This document shows positions 28,308 to 37,254 of a stretch of 64,000 nt of DNA, one piece after another. The notes under the pieces were generated by a model. That model made no database searches, was not told the DNA's origin, and worked only from the letters and a program-made list of their open reading frames with translations. The DNA is taken from NCBI GenBank assembly GCA_020054475.1, contig JAHWGJ010000003.1:30141-94140 (forward strand), in the 5' to 3' direction. This stretch comes from Thermoplasmata archaeon (lineage in GTDB: Archaea; Thermoplasmatota; E2; DHVEG-1). Position 1 is the stretch's first letter. Each line of letters begins with the position of its first letter. The position numbers and the translations under genes are program-made.

Positions 28308-28579
28308 TGTCCAAAAGAAATTTATTTGCATTAATATTTTTCGTAATAATGGCTGTATTTTTATTTATTAGTTCTCTTATGATGCATCCTTTTGGTAATC
28401 CTGAAAAAACAAATATGGATGATGAAATAATCGAAAATGCTCAAATTGAAACTGGTACTAATAATGGTGTCACATCTGTTGTTTTTGATTATAGAGGTTT
28501 TGATACTCTTGGTGAAGCTACAATTTTATTCACTGCAGTTGCTGGTGTTATTATGATTTTCAGGAGGATGAACAAATGA
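28307..28579 (+). CDS. MbhE-like small subunit (MnhB-related)
   Basis: 90 aa with [28 protein letters not shown]. Confidence 0.7.
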   Translation: MSKRNLFALIFFVIMAVFLFISSLMMHPFGNPEKTNMDDEIIENAQIETGTNNGVTSVVFDYRGFDTLGEATILFTAVAGVIMIFRRMNK

Positions 28580-29049
28580 ATGGGATGTCTAGAATTGTAA
28601 AAACAATTGCAAGTATTACTTTTCCTTTAGTCATGATATATGGTTTATATATTATTGCTCATGGACATTTAACACCAGGTGGAGGCTTTCAAGGTGGTGC
28701 AGTTGTTGCATCGGGATGTGCAATGATTTTAATTGCATATGGTTCAGTTTGGACATTAGGAAAAATAAAGGAAAAAAATCTTTCAATCCTTGAAAGCGTT
28801 GGAGCGATTTGTTTTATTACATTAGCTATACTTGGACTTGGATTTGGGACAGTATTTTTTAAGAATTTTTTAATTGGTTCAGAAATCATATTCGGCATTA
28901 TACCTTCTTTTGGATCAACAATTTCAAATATTAATACTGCTGGAGTTATTCCTTTGATGAATTTTGCTGTTGGTTTAAAAGTTATTGCAGGTTTATTTGG
29001 TATTGTTCTCATAATGGCTTATGCCAGTACTAGGAGGGATAAATATTGA
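28576..29049 (+). CDS. mnhB: MnhB/MbhF-like subunit
   Basis: [14 protein letters not shown] motif; 157 aa, 4 TM. Confidence 0.8.
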   Translation: MNGMSRIVKTIASITFPLVMIYGLYIIAHGHLTPGGGFQGGAVVASGCAMILIAYGSVWTLGKIKEKNLSILESVGAICFITLAILGLGFGTVFFKNFLIGSEIIFGIIPSFGSTISNINTAGVIPLMNFAVGLKVIAGLFGIVLIMAYASTRRDKY

Positions 29050-29402
29050 TATTTAATTTCCCTTTTATCGCAGTCATCGCATTAATTATTATTGGACTAT
29101 ATGCAATGGTTTTTAGAAAAAATTTAATTAAAATGGTTATTGGAATTACTATTATTCAAAGTGGTGTTAATCTATTTTTAATTACATTAGGATATAGAGA
29201 AGGTTCAGTTGCCCCTATTTTTACTAGTTTGCCTTCAGGTACAGAAATTCCTCAAGGCATGGCTTTTCCTGTTCCTCAAGCTTTAACACTTACAAGTATA
29301 GTCATTGGTGTAGCTGTTCTTGCTTTGATGCTTTCTTTAATCATCCATATTTATCGACATTATGGTACTTTAGATGTTAGAAAAATTGGAGGGGAAAAAT
29401 GA
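29046..29402 (+). CDS. mnhC: MnhC/MbhG-like subunit (NuoK-like)
   Basis: 118 aa, 3 TM, with the pattern NLIKMVIGITIIQSGVNLFLI...PQALTLTSIVIG. Confidence 0.8.
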   Translation: MIFNFPFIAVIALIIIGLYAMVFRKNLIKMVIGITIIQSGVNLFLITLGYREGSVAPIFTSLPSGTEIPQGMAFPVPQALTLTSIVIGVAVLALMLSLIIHIYRHYGTLDVRKIGGEK

Positions 29403-30970
29403 GTTTTATTGATTTTTTATTACAACATTCTCCCGCATTAATTGTTGCTATACCGCTACTTGGTGCTTTTTTAACACCTCTAATAAGTAAGATAAATAAT
29501 AGAGTTAGAAATGTTTTTGTAATTCTTATTATTTTAATTACAACAATTTTAGTTATGTTACTAGCGTCAGATGTTTTTTCTGGAAATATTCACACTTATG
29601 TATTTGGATCACAAGATTTAACCGTACCTTTAGTGAGAATATTATTTGAAGTTGATGCAATGAGTGCTTTTATGGCCATCATTGGATCAATATTACTCCT
29701 TGTTTCTGTAATTTATTCTTGGTCATTCATTGATGAAAATTCTGGACTTGATAAATATTACACTTTAGTATTGTTATTAGCTGCTGGTATGTTTGGAATG
29801 ATGCTTACTGGAGATATGTTTAATTTCTTTGTATTTCTTGAAATTACATCAATTGCTTCTTGTGCATTAATTGCATTCTGGACAAATAAAGGTAAAGCAG
29901 TTGAGGCAGCTTTTAAATATATCGTTATAAGTTCTTTAGCTGCTCTTTTTATTTTATTTTCAATTGCATTACTATATGGACAATATAATGCATTAAATAT
30001 TGCGGTTCTTGGGAGTGTTATTCAATTTTCATATCTTGATAAAATTGCCTTAGTCTTACTTATTGCTGCTTTAGCTATGAAAGCTGGTATCGTACCAATG
30101 CACATGTGGCTTCCAGATGCTTATGGTAGAGCACCGGCTTCAGTTACAATTATACTCATCGGAGCAACTCAAGCAAGTTTATACGGTGTTTTTAGAGTTT
30201 GTTTTACTTTATATGGAAATACAATAAATCTTTCATCCGCGTCAATTGGCTGGATTATTGTGTTATTAGGTTTAATAACTATGTTGATTGGTGTTGCTAT
30301 GGCATTAATACAATCTGATTTTAAGCGATTAATAGCATTTAGTGCCGTTGCGGAAATTGGATTTATATTTTTAGGTATTGGAACAGGTTTGACATTATTC
30401 GCGAATAATCAGATGTTTGGTTTAATCGGTACAACTGCAATGAGTGGAGGTATTTTTCATATTATAAATGATTCATTGGATGTTGGATTATTATTCCTTG
30501 TCGCAGGTGCAGTATATTATGCCACAAAAGAAACATCATTAGATAAGATGGGTGGTCTTGCTAGACATATGAAATATACTACGATTTTCTTTATAATAGG
30601 ATTACTTGCAATATCAGGTATTCCTCCTATGAATGGTTTTGCTTCAAAATTATTAATTTATGAGTCAACTTTTCAACTAAACCCAATTTTATCTATTGTT
30701 GCTATACTTTCAAGTATAATGTTACTGGCAGTATTTGTAAAAGTATTTCACTCCGCATTTCTTGGACCTGCCCTACCGAAATTTAATGGAGTAAAAGAAG
30801 TTCCAAAAACAATGTTATTTGCTATGGGAATAATCGCATCAATTATAATCATATTTGGTTTATTTCCAGATTTAGTAATTAATAATATTGTTGATCCTGC
30901 TGTTAATGCATTAATCAATTATAGCGATTATATTAGAGAAGTAATTCCAACGTTTACTGGAGGTTTTTAA
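29399..30970 (+). CDS. mnhD: MnhD/MbhH-like antiporter subunit (NuoL/M/N family)
   Basis: 523 aa, about 14 TM, with KAGIVPMHMWLPDAY and SGIPPMNGFASK, both hallmarks of complex-I antiporter-like subunits. Confidence 0.88.
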   Translation: MSFIDFLLQHSPALIVAIPLLGAFLTPLISKINNRVRNVFVILIILITTILVMLLASDVFSGNIHTYVFGSQDLTVPLVRILFEVDAMSAFMAIIGSILLLVSVIYSWSFIDENSGLDKYYTLVLLLAAGMFGMMLTGDMFNFFVFLEITSIASCALIAFWTNKGKAVEAAFKYIVISSLAALFILFSIALLYGQYNALNIAVLGSVIQFSYLDKIALVLLIAALAMKAGIVPMHMWLPDAYGRAPASVTIILIGATQASLYGVFRVCFTLYGNTINLSSASIGWIIVLLGLITMLIGVAMALIQSDFKRLIAFSAVAEIGFIFLGIGTGLTLFANNQMFGLIGTTAMSGGIFHIINDSLDVGLLFLVAGAVYYATKETSLDKMGGLARHMKYTTIFFIIGLLAISGIPPMNGFASKLLIYESTFQLNPILSIVAILSSIMLLAVFVKVFHSAFLGPALPKFNGVKEVPKTMLFAMGIIASIIIIFGLFPDLVINNIVDPAVNALINYSDYIREVIPTFTGGF

Positions 30971-31327
30971 ATGGCAATATTTGAATCTTTGTTAAATACA
31001 TTTGAAACTGGTAGTGGTTTTTGGAATCCAATTGTTTGGTTGGTAACAATATTAATTATATTCCTAATAATATATATTTTGAGAGGTTTTGGTAATAAGA
31101 ATTATAAAATTAATACAGAGCAAGTAAAACCATTTCTATCAGGTAATCCAGAATATGATAAAGAAAAAATGCATATCAAAGGTAGCAATATCTATTGGGG
31201 TTTTACTGAATCATTAAAATGGATATTTGATAATCTTAATAAAATGCATACTGGAAATACTAGTGATTATATCCTATGGTTTGTGGTTATTATTTCCATT
31301 TTATTTTTAGTGGTGGGGTTGATTTAA
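30971..31327 (+). CDS. MbhI-like subunit (TM - amphipathic lateral segment - TM)
   Basis: 118 aa. Its position (between the H-like and M-like genes), size and topology match MbhI. No sequence motif was verified. Confidence 0.5.
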   Translation: MAIFESLLNTFETGSGFWNPIVWLVTILIIFLIIYILRGFGNKNYKINTEQVKPFLSGNPEYDKEKMHIKGSNIYWGFTESLKWIFDNLNKMHTGNTSDYILWFVVIISILFLVVGLI

Positions 31328-32383
31328 ATGGATTTGGCTGTTGTTTCGCAAGCTGCATTAATTACAATAATTGGGGCAATAGGAGTTACAATATTTGGAT
31401 TAATTTTTGGTTTATTTTATAAGGGTGTTGATCGTAAATTATCTGCACATATGCAAGGAAGGATAGGGCCACCATTAAAACAGCCTTTTTTAGATGTGAT
31501 TAAGTTATTTACTAAAGAGAATATAGTGCCTGAAAATGCCATTTCATGGGTTTTTAACTTTGTACCATTGATAGGACTAGTTGCAACTATCTCAATCATT
31601 CTATATTTACCTATTGCAGGATTTGATCCCCTATTGTATAATAAAGGTGACCTAATTCTAATTTTATACTTATTAATAATACCCTCCCTTTCAATGGTTA
31701 TAGGAGGTTTTTCATCGGGATCACCATATGCAACTATTGGTGCACAAAGGGAAATGGCTACAATGATAGCATATGAATTCCCACTTGCTATAATAATAAT
31801 CAGTATTGCTTGGAAATTAAGTATTGATGGTGTCTCAAATGTTTTCTCTTTATCCTCAATTATCGCAGCCCCTATTTGGAGTACTGTAGGACCCTTAGGT
31901 TTTATCGGATTTATTATTCTTCTACTTTCGTTAATTATAGTGACTCCTGCTGAACTATCAAAAATTCCATTTGATTCACCTGAAGCTGAAACAGAGATTG
32001 CGGGGGGTTTATTGGTAGAATATTCAGGAAGGAATTTAGCAATGTTTTATTTAACCGATGGTGTAAAAACAATTGTTATGGCCTCACTTATTGTTGCTTT
32101 ATTCTTCCCATATAATTTATCGCCATTACTAGGATTAGAAAGTTATTTAGCCTTTAGCGTTGACATTATATTTTATTTAATAAAAATACTTCTCGTTATA
32201 CTATTCTCAGTTACATTAATCAGAGTTGCAATTGCTCGTTTAAAGATAGATCAAATTGTTTATACATATTGGGTTCCAATAACATTGTTAAGTTTGGTTG
32301 GATTAATCTGCATAATGTGGGATCAAACTATAATGACAAATTTTGGATTAGAACCATTATTTAAGATGATAGGTTTAATTTAA
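31328..32383 (+). CDS. NuoH/MbhM/HycD-like membrane subunit (complex I subunit 1 family)
   Basis: 351 aa, about 8 TM, with RKLSAHMQGRIGPPLKQPFLDVIKLFTKE and PFDSPEAETEIAGG, both canonical NuoH-family motifs. Confidence 0.85.
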   Translation: MDLAVVSQAALITIIGAIGVTIFGLIFGLFYKGVDRKLSAHMQGRIGPPLKQPFLDVIKLFTKENIVPENAISWVFNFVPLIGLVATISIILYLPIAGFDPLLYNKGDLILILYLLIIPSLSMVIGGFSSGSPYATIGAQREMATMIAYEFPLAIIIISIAWKLSIDGVSNVFSLSSIIAAPIWSTVGPLGFIGFIILLLSLIIVTPAELSKIPFDSPEAETEIAGGLLVEYSGRNLAMFYLTDGVKTIVMASLIVALFFPYNLSPLLGLESYLAFSVDIIFYLIKILLVILFSVTLIRVAIARLKIDQIVYTYWVPITLLSLVGLICIMWDQTIMTNFGLEPLFKMIGLI

Positions 32384-32470
32384 TAATATAAATTATTTTT
32401 TCTTTCTTTTTTATTTTATTTATATCATAACAGTATTAAATTGTTCCATAATAAGGTGTTTTGAAATAAA

Positions 32471-33400
32471 ATGGGAAAAATAAATTATTTAAGCAATAAT
32501 TTTTCTTGGATATTTGTAATTCTTCCAACAATTTTTATAATAATTGGTTTAATATTTTTCACATACCCAATTCCAAAACTCATTGAAAATCTTATTACTA
32601 TTCCATTATTTATTGGACTGGGATTACTTTTTATTGGTTTCTTTATTAAAAAAGAATTTTTTGGAAATAAAATAAAAATTATTGGTTGGATTTTATTTGC
32701 CTTTTATTGGGCAACAAGAATTAATACATTATATTTTGCTGAACAGCAAGATTTTGTAAATGCAATTTTATGTATAATTGGAATATATGTTTTATTTTAT
32801 TTTGCATATCATGAATGGTATTCTATTAAAATTAAGAAAAATATAAAAAGTTTAAATTGGATTGCTGGAGCATCCTCATTTTCTGGTCTAATATATTTTA
32901 TTATAGAACTAACCCCCCTTGCAATAATTTTAATTGAAATCGTAGCAGCTCAAAGTGGATTTCTTTTAGATATATTCATAAACGGCGTTAACGTAGAAGG
33001 CAGATATATATTATATGAACTTGCTTATATAAGAATAATTTTTGCCTGTACAGCTATACAATCAATGGTAATTTTTATTGGAATGATACTCCCACTTAAA
33101 AATGTTGAAATTAAAAGAAAGATTTATGGTTTGCTTATAACAGTATTACCCGTATATTTCTTAAATCTTATCAGAAATGCTGGCATCACTTATTTAATAG
33201 GATCTAACATCACAGATTTCTATACAGCACATAATATTATAGGAAAGGGTGGAAGTCTCATAGCATTAATTATCTTATTAGTTATTGTAGTCAAAATTGT
33301 ACCTGAGGTATTTGATGAGATAATTTCTTTGACAGATCTTCCAAAAAGAGAAGGCCCAATTGAAAAACAATTTAAAAAATTATTAGGAGTAAAAAAATAA
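32471..33400 (+). CDS. Archaeosortase-family transpeptidase
   Basis: 309 aa, polytopic. The candidate catalytic triad sits in IFACTAIQSM (Cys), NLIRNAGITYL (Arg) and TAHNIIGKGGS (His). The subfamily (ArtA-G) cannot be assigned by eye. Confidence 0.75.
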   Translation: MGKINYLSNNFSWIFVILPTIFIIIGLIFFTYPIPKLIENLITIPLFIGLGLLFIGFFIKKEFFGNKIKIIGWILFAFYWATRINTLYFAEQQDFVNAILCIIGIYVLFYFAYHEWYSIKIKKNIKSLNWIAGASSFSGLIYFIIELTPLAIILIEIVAAQSGFLLDIFINGVNVEGRYILYELAYIRIIFACTAIQSMVIFIGMILPLKNVEIKRKIYGLLITVLPVYFLNLIRNAGITYLIGSNITDFYTAHNIIGKGGSLIALIILLVIVVKIVPEVFDEIISLTDLPKREGPIEKQFKKLLGVKK

Positions 33401-34045
33401 ATGAAATTTGCAAAAGGTACATATTCATGGATTATATCTCCTTTTATTTTATTTATTTTATTTATTTTTCTATTAGTTTTTTATCCCACATATCAAAATC
33501 AATTTTTAATTATTTCAATAATGTTTCTCCTTATAACAGTATTATTTATAATATTCTTTAGAGACCCCGAAAGAAAAATTGGTAAAGATATTGTTGCACC
33601 TGCCGATGGATATATAAGAGATATATATGAAATTGATGATGTCGATATTGGAAAATGTATAATTCTATCAATTTTTATGAATATTCAAAATGTTCATGTC
33701 AATCGAATGCCGATTGATGGTATAATCAAGGAAGCAATTCATTTACCGGGATCTCATTTACCAGCCTTTAAAAAAGAATCAGAAAAAAATGAAAGATTCA
33801 TAATTAAAATAAAAACTTCTATTGGTATGATAAAAATTACTCAAATTGCTGGTACTCTAGCAAGAAGAATTGTGCCATATATTAAAAAAGATGATATTAT
33901 AAATAAAGGTGAAAAGATTGGGATAATAAGATTAGGATCTCGTGTAGATCTTTATCTACCTAATAGTAAAAATTTGAAAATTAAAGTTAAAAAAGGAGAC
34001 AAGTTAAAGGCGGGGGAAAGTAGTGTTGCAAAAATATATGATTAA
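33401..34045 (+). CDS. psd: Archaetidylserine/phosphatidylserine decarboxylase proenzyme (short type)
   Basis: 214 aa with an N-terminal TM. Contains VHVNRMP and the self-cleavage site region GIIRLGSRVDLYLP (G-S). Confidence 0.85.
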   Translation: MKFAKGTYSWIISPFILFILFIFLLVFYPTYQNQFLIISIMFLLITVLFIIFFRDPERKIGKDIVAPADGYIRDIYEIDDVDIGKCIILSIFMNIQNVHVNRMPIDGIIKEAIHLPGSHLPAFKKESEKNERFIIKIKTSIGMIKITQIAGTLARRIVPYIKKDDIINKGEKIGIIRLGSRVDLYLPNSKNLKIKVKKGDKLKAGESSVAKIYD

Positions 34046-34712
34046 ATTATTATCTATCGCGGATTTTATTTCAATATCCAATGCTATTCTTGGTTTCCTT
34101 GCAATCATTATGCTTTTCTTAAATGAAATACATTATTCATTTTCACTGATTTTATTAGCCATGATAACAGACGGAATTGATGGTTTAGTCGCAAGAAGGA
34201 CAAAACATAGCAATTTAGGAGAGTATATGGAAGCAATGGGCGATATGATATCTCTTGTAATTGCACCAGCTTTATTCGTATATCAAACATATAGTAAAGA
34301 TATAATTATATCAAATAATAATATTCAACATTTATTATTAATACTAGTTTTAACTATTTTTTTATTTTTTAATATTATTCGACTTAGTTCATTTCATATA
34401 ATGAAAGAGAAAAAAATTTTTATTGGACTCCCCGCTTCAGCAAGTACAATAATAATATTAATAATTTCATATTTAAAAATTGAATATATTTATCTTACTA
34501 TAATATTATTAATTATATCATTTATGCTTATATCAAACATTCGTTTTCCAAAACCAAATCATATAATAAATTTAATAGCAACAGCATTAATAATTATTTC
34601 AATATTAATTGGAAAACAATTTAATGGAATCGCACTGTTACTATTATTAGTTGCAATTATGATTTATTCAATTTTAGGGCCAGTATATATCTACAAAATT
34701 AAAAAGCAATAA
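34038..34712 (+). CDS. pssA: CDP-alcohol phosphatidyltransferase (archaetidylserine synthase-like)
   Basis: DGIDGLVARR...G...D motif (D-x2-DG-x2-AR...), polytopic. The ATG at 34038 overlaps the psd stop by 8 nt. The track's start at 34023 is a GTG. Confidence 0.8.
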   Translation: MIKLLSIADFISISNAILGFLAIIMLFLNEIHYSFSLILLAMITDGIDGLVARRTKHSNLGEYMEAMGDMISLVIAPALFVYQTYSKDIIISNNNIQHLLLILVLTIFLFFNIIRLSSFHIMKEKKIFIGLPASASTIIILIISYLKIEYIYLTIILLIISFMLISNIRFPKPNHIINLIATALIIISILIGKQFNGIALLLLLVAIMIYSILGPVYIYKIKKQ

Positions 34713-34799
34713 TAACGATTATATTAATTTCTGATAAATATTTAATGAAAAAATCAATAACAACATTTCTAAACAAAAAATGCATTACATCTACTCAAT

Positions 34800-35360
34800 A
34801 TGGATGATATTCCAAAAATTGGTATAACTGGAATGCCAAATGTAGGAAAAACTCGTACTCTATTAAAAATCATAGAGTTTCTAGAAGAAGCCGGTTATAA
34901 ATTAGAAGGAATGATAACAAAACCAATATTGAAAAAAGATGAAAGAATTGGATTCATCGTTGAAGATTTCCAAACTTGCGAAAATGAGGTTTTCGCACAC
35001 ATAGATTTTGATGTCAAGGATAAAGTTGGAGAGTACGGCGTAGACCTTAGCGCTCTTGAAAAAATAGGGATTCCTGCAATTGAAAAAGCAATCTCCGATG
35101 ACCAAGTCCATATAATTATCATTGACGAAATTGGCAAAATGGAAATGTTATCAGAAAAATTTTGCGATACTGTTATTGATGCCTTAGACTCTGATAAACC
35201 AATAATGGTAACATTACATAAAAAATCTAGAACTCCTCTTCTACAAGATGTAAGAAGACGCGACGATATAAGAATTTTAGAAGTAACACCAGTTAATAGA
35301 AACCTTTTACCATATAAAATTGAAAAAATTATGAAAGAAAAATTACCGCCAATTTTTTAA
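34800..35360 (+). CDS. Nucleoside-triphosphatase THEP1 family (MJ1559-like)
   Basis: P-loop GITGMPNVGKTR and Walker B IIIDEIGKME; 186 aa. Confidence 0.8.
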   Translation: MDDIPKIGITGMPNVGKTRTLLKIIEFLEEAGYKLEGMITKPILKKDERIGFIVEDFQTCENEVFAHIDFDVKDKVGEYGVDLSALEKIGIPAIEKAISDDQVHIIIIDEIGKMEMLSEKFCDTVIDALDSDKPIMVTLHKKSRTPLLQDVRRRDDIRILEVTPVNRNLLPYKIEKIMKEKLPPIF

Positions 35361-35362
35361 AT

Positions 35363-36469
35363 ATGAATAATAACTCTCATATTGAAAAGATAAATGAAGG
35401 AATTACAGAGATTTTAACATATATTAAAAAAAAAACAAAAAAAGGACCATCAAAAAAAGGTAATTATCCCTTTTATAATCCATCCATGGAATTAAACAGA
35501 GATATATCTATTGCATTAAATCAATGGTTTATTGATAACACGAATAAGTCATCAATAAGTATTTTAGATGGTCTTGCTGCTTCAGGGATTAGAGGTATCA
35601 GATTTGCAAATGAACTCAAAGGAAATTTTACTGTATATATTAATGATTGGTCAGAAATTGCATATAACCTTATATTAAAAAATATTAAAAATAATGAATT
35701 TAACAACATTATTTCATCAAAAAAAAATTTAAATGTTTTACTTAATGAAAAAAAATATGACTATATCGATATTGATCCTTTTGGATCTCCAATTTATTTC
35801 ATAGATTCTGCAATTAGAAGTATCAACAAAAATGGAATTATTGCCTGCACGGCAACTGATACTGCAACACTTTGTGGAGTTTACCCAAAAGTATGCATCC
35901 GAAGATATGGTGCATATCCATTTCATTCAAAAAATATGCACGAAATTGGATTACGAATATTGATAGGGTATTTAGGAAGAGAAGCTGCAAAATATGACAA
36001 AGGTATAAAATCTATTATTAGCTATTCAACAGATCACTATTTTAGAATTTATATTAAAATAATAAAAGGTATACAATATGCAAATGAATCTTTAAAAAAA
36101 ATATATTCAATAAATTCAAAAGATTATTTTTATAACATAAAAAATAACCAGAAAATTGGTCCTTTATGGATGGGAGAAATTGGAAATAAAAATATAATAA
36201 AAAAAATTACCCCATATATCTTTAAAAAACAATTCAACACAAAATACGAATTATTAAAATTATTAGATCTATTAGAAAAAGAATCAGATGCTAATCCCTT
36301 TTTTTACTCAACAGATAAAATTGCTTCATATTTAAAAAAATCAACTCCAAATATGGATTACTTATTTAAAAAATTAAATGAAAAAGACTATTATGCAATA
36401 AAAACCCATTTTTCAGATATCGGTTTTAAAACAGACGCTCCTCTAAATGAAATTGAAAATATTTTTTAA
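35363..36469 (+). CDS. trm1: tRNA (guanine26-N2)-dimethyltransferase Trm1
   Basis: FYNPSMELNRDISI, DGLAASGIRGIRFA and IDIDPFGSP motifs. Confidence 0.9.
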   Translation: MNNNSHIEKINEGITEILTYIKKKTKKGPSKKGNYPFYNPSMELNRDISIALNQWFIDNTNKSSISILDGLAASGIRGIRFANELKGNFTVYINDWSEIAYNLILKNIKNNEFNNIISSKKNLNVLLNEKKYDYIDIDPFGSPIYFIDSAIRSINKNGIIACTATDTATLCGVYPKVCIRRYGAYPFHSKNMHEIGLRILIGYLGREAAKYDKGIKSIISYSTDHYFRIYIKIIKGIQYANESLKKIYSINSKDYFYNIKNNQKIGPLWMGEIGNKNIIKKITPYIFKKQFNTKYELLKLLDLLEKESDANPFFYSTDKIASYLKKSTPNMDYLFKKLNEKDYYAIKTHFSDIGFKTDAPLNEIENIF

Positions 36470-36571
36470 TTGAAAAAATGGGGAAAAAACTAAAACAATT
36501 TTCTATATTCAAATTTATAAATTATATACAAGCAATTGGAAAAATTATGGAATAAAATGGAAAGAGATTTT

Positions 36572-37243
36572 ATGAGAGAAAAGATAAAAGTTGGGGTTTT
36601 AGTATCCGGAAATGGTACTGATTTACATAGTATAATAGATGCATCAGAAAAAGATGTTATTGATGCGCAAGTCGAAATAGTGATCAGTGACAAGAAAAAT
36701 GCTTTTGCTCTTAAAAGAGCTGAGAAGCATAAGATAAGTAATTATTTTATTAATCCTAAAGAGATAAAACAAGAGGAACATGAAAAGAAAATAGATAAAT
36801 TATTTGAAGAATCAAAAATTGATCTTATAGTAGGGGCAGGATACATGAAAATTCTATCAGATTCTTTTGTTAACAAATGGTATGGGAAATTAATCAATAT
36901 CCATCCTGCATTACTACCCTCATTTAAAGGGACTAGTGGCCAGGAAGATGCTATAAATTATGGAGTAAAAATTTCAGGTTGTACCACCCATTTTATGGAT
37001 AATAAAATGGATCATGGTCCAATAATATTACAGGCAGCAGTTAAAATATATCAAAATGATAATAGAGATGAACTTGCAAATCGTATTTTAAAAATTGAAC
37101 ATCAAATTCTACCAAGAACTATTCAATTATTTGCAGAAAAAAGATTAAAAATTATTGGTAGAAAAGTAAAAATCTTACCCGGTGAATCTTGGATAGACAA
37201 ATATGAATATTATCCTGATGTTTTATATTCAGAAGGATATTAA
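36572..37243 (+). CDS. purN: Phosphoribosylglycinamide formyltransferase PurN (folate-dependent)
   Basis: IKVGVLVSGNGTDLHSIID, NIHPALLPSFKG and GCTTHFMD motifs. I prefer the start at 36572 (MREKIKVG) over the track's 36536. Confidence 0.88.
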   Translation: MREKIKVGVLVSGNGTDLHSIIDASEKDVIDAQVEIVISDKKNAFALKRAEKHKISNYFINPKEIKQEEHEKKIDKLFEESKIDLIVGAGYMKILSDSFVNKWYGKLINIHPALLPSFKGTSGQEDAINYGVKISGCTTHFMDNKMDHGPIILQAAVKIYQNDNRDELANRILKIEHQILPRTIQLFAEKRLKIIGRKVKILPGESWIDKYEYYPDVLYSEGY

Positions 37244-37254
37244 TAAAAGTTAAC

